Both the position numbers and the translations under genes were made by a program. The notes under the pieces are model-generated. The model saw nothing but the letters and a program-made list of their open reading frames with translations, was not told where the DNA came from and did no database searches. Shown one piece after another: positions 61,872 through 64,000 of a stretch of DNA of 64,000 nucleotides. The DNA lies in the NCBI GenBank assembly GCA_964106645.2, contig OZ067039.1, one strand, 5' to 3'. Each line of letters opens with the position of its first letter. The stretch's first letter is position 1. This DNA is from Podarcis pityusensis. Taxonomy: Eukaryota.

Positions 61872-62087
61872 TCACCCACATGAACCAACCTGCACCCTGC
61901 GTTCTCCACCTGAGGCCCTGTTCAGTGTGCCTCCTCCGAGGGAGGTGCGGAGGGTGGTGACACGATAGTGGGCCTTCTCAGTGGTGGCTCCCCATTTGTG
62001 GAATACTCTCTCCAGGGAGGCACACCTGGTGTCAGTACAGTTTTTAGGCACCAGGTAAAAATGTTCTATTTCATCCAGGCCTTTCAA
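61872..62087 (+). mobile_element. Older L2 LINE fragment
   Basis: GCCTTCTCAGTGGTGGCTCCCCATTTGTGGAAT (AFSVVAPHLWN). Confidence 0.7.
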
Positions 62088-62409
62088 TCTTAATTTTCTG
62101 CTTATCTTTTAGTGGAGCTGGCAGACCTCTCAAGTGTCTCAATTTAACCTGAACATCCCGAATTGACAGACGCTGCTGCGGCTTCTGATCCCAATCCTGA
62201 ATGCCCCAATTTTGCTCCCTGCGCTGGCCACGCCTGAGTGAGGGACCAAAAGACGGGTGTTATTTTGATACTGCGCTGTGGCGTGAGTCAGTTGGCTCAC
62301 ACCAGGGTGTAGAACCAAAAAACAGAAGAAAAACTTATCTTGACCCTGTGCGCCACTGCTCCTCTTCCTCCTTCCGCCATGGCAGTTCCAGAAGTTTGTC
62401 TGAGGCACC

Positions 62410-62457
62410 GGAGGAGGAGGAGGAGGAGGAGGAGGAGGAGGAGGAGAAGGAGGAGGC
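62410..62457. repeat. (GAG)n triplet repeat
   Basis: Direct inspection. Confidence 0.95.
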
Positions 62458-62820
62458 AGGTCCAATCTGCATGGCACCTTCTGATGCAGCACAATCGGGG
62501 CAGGGGGAAGAGAGCCTTGGGCTCCAGGGAGGAAAAGATGGGATGGAAATGGGATCAATCATTCAATCGATCATTGCCATTTTATTCAGTGTCCCCAACC
62601 CCATGTGAAACTAACATGGTAATGGAAAAGACTTATTATCATTATTCATTTCATTTCTATAACGCTTTATATTTTTAAGAAACACCCCCCTCAAAAGGAT
62701 ATGTACTTGCACTAGAGCTGTGAGCATAATGTTGCCTTTTAAATAAAACTGCAAAGCACTGATGAAACTGTCGTGCCTTTCTTCTGACCTTGTCAGAAGG
62801 TTGGGCCTGCAAGGCAGGTA

Positions 62821-63062
62821 CAGTGGTACCTCGGGTTACATACGCTTCAGGTTACATATGCTTCAGGTTACAGACTCTGCTAACCCAGAAATATTACCTT
62901 GGGTTAAGAACTTTGCTTCAGGATGAGAACAGAAATCGTGCAGCGGTGGCGCAGCAGCAGCGGGAGGCCCCATTAGCTAAAGTGGTGCTTCAGGTTAAGA
63001 ACAGTTTCAGGTTAAGAACAGACCTCCAGAACAAATTAAGTTCTTAACCCGAGGTACCACTG
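62821..63062 (-). mobile_element. Tc1/mariner MITE (same family as 1931-2172, opposite orientation)
   Basis: TIR CAGTGGTACCTCGGGTTA, TA TSD. Confidence 0.9.
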
Positions 63063-64000
63063 TAATGCCAAAGAAGGGTTGGTATATGCTGTCACTAGCA
63101 TCACTAGTCATGATGCGATTTCATCAGAGTCTTGTTGTAGGACAGAACAGACTAGCTTCTAGGGTAAGCAAATGTGTTGTCTCTCACAGTAGCTGGAATG
63201 GGAATCATATATGACATTTAAAAGAGGAAAAGCATACAGTATCTGAATGCCTGTTAACTGAAGCAGGAGAATAGCTGTGGGTGACCACTTAAAGCAACAT
63301 GAAATGAAGATGTGATTTCAGTCTCCCAGTCTCTAAGTTTTCATCTCCTGAAAAAAAGCAAAGCAGTTGCCATTTATGATTTGACTTTTTTAGGTTTTGC
63401 CCCATTGCGGTTTTTGCTCCTCAACATTTCCTTATTATTTGACTGTGATTTTTACATGTTTATGCCATCTGGTAATTCAGTACACAATGACACAAAGATG
63501 CTCTCAAAGTTGATTGTATTGATCTCATCCCTTGGAGACTGAAGGCTTTTATTTATTTTTATTCTGAAAGTCACACTGTTCTCAAAGGGAAGAGATCGCC
63601 CTCATCATTTCTCATCTTAAGGGTTGCCTCTGTGCTTTTGTTCATGCATGACAGGATCTGTTCCTCCTTTGAGCGTCAAAATTTATGTAGCTTGAAGGAA
63701 ACTGACTTTGTGCTTTTCACCTACTGTCTGCTATGCATTTTCTGCTTCATAATCTCACCATAATTACGAATTTCAGCTGCAGACCACAGGTTTTGATGGA
63801 CTGCCTTGCCAGCAGGTCTTCCATGGTGTAAGGAATGTGCCATTCAATATATCCTTAAAGGATAGTCACTCGTCGTCATGAATCCTCCCAAAGAAACAGA
63901 GAATCTTTATTATTCTGAGGAACTAACTAGCCCTCATAGAAATCAGGTCATTTCCCATTTCAGCTTCTTCTCTGCATTAGAACTTACTGCTGGCACTTTC

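Noticed and set aside
62139-62678. Poly-E, poly-P, poly-R and poly-S ORFs
   Set aside because: Produced by the (GAG)n microsatellite.

Overview
This is a eukaryotic, gene-poor, repeat-rich window. The repeat families (Sauria SINEs with ACCTTT tails, L2/CR1 3' ends, many hAT and Tc1/mariner MITEs) point to a squamate, probably lacertid, lizard; that assignment is inference. It most likely lies in a large intron or intergenic region. No host gene can be named: there is only one plausible spliced exon (about 1573-1658, +) and two weaker candidates. The main content is a Tf1/sushi-like Gypsy LTR retrotransposon group: the 5' end of an intact-looking element (5' LTR 928-1335, gag 882 to <1, minus strand), a nearly identical solo LTR (33986-34393, +), and a solo LTR of a diverged sister family (26450-26884, -). 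Comparing the two families shows three things. (i) The LTR itself carries a reading frame, open from LTR nt 2, whose Arg-rich C-terminus is conserved mainly through synonymous changes. (ii) A hairpin of unrelated sequence sits at the stop codon in both families. (iii) The tRNA-type PBS is replaced by an 11-nt complement of an LTR-internal sequence, as in Tf1 self-priming. The rest is TE nesting, microsatellites, a 215-N gap and some TE-free blocks that may be regulatory. Almost all listed ORFs are spurious. All alignments and counts were done by eye.
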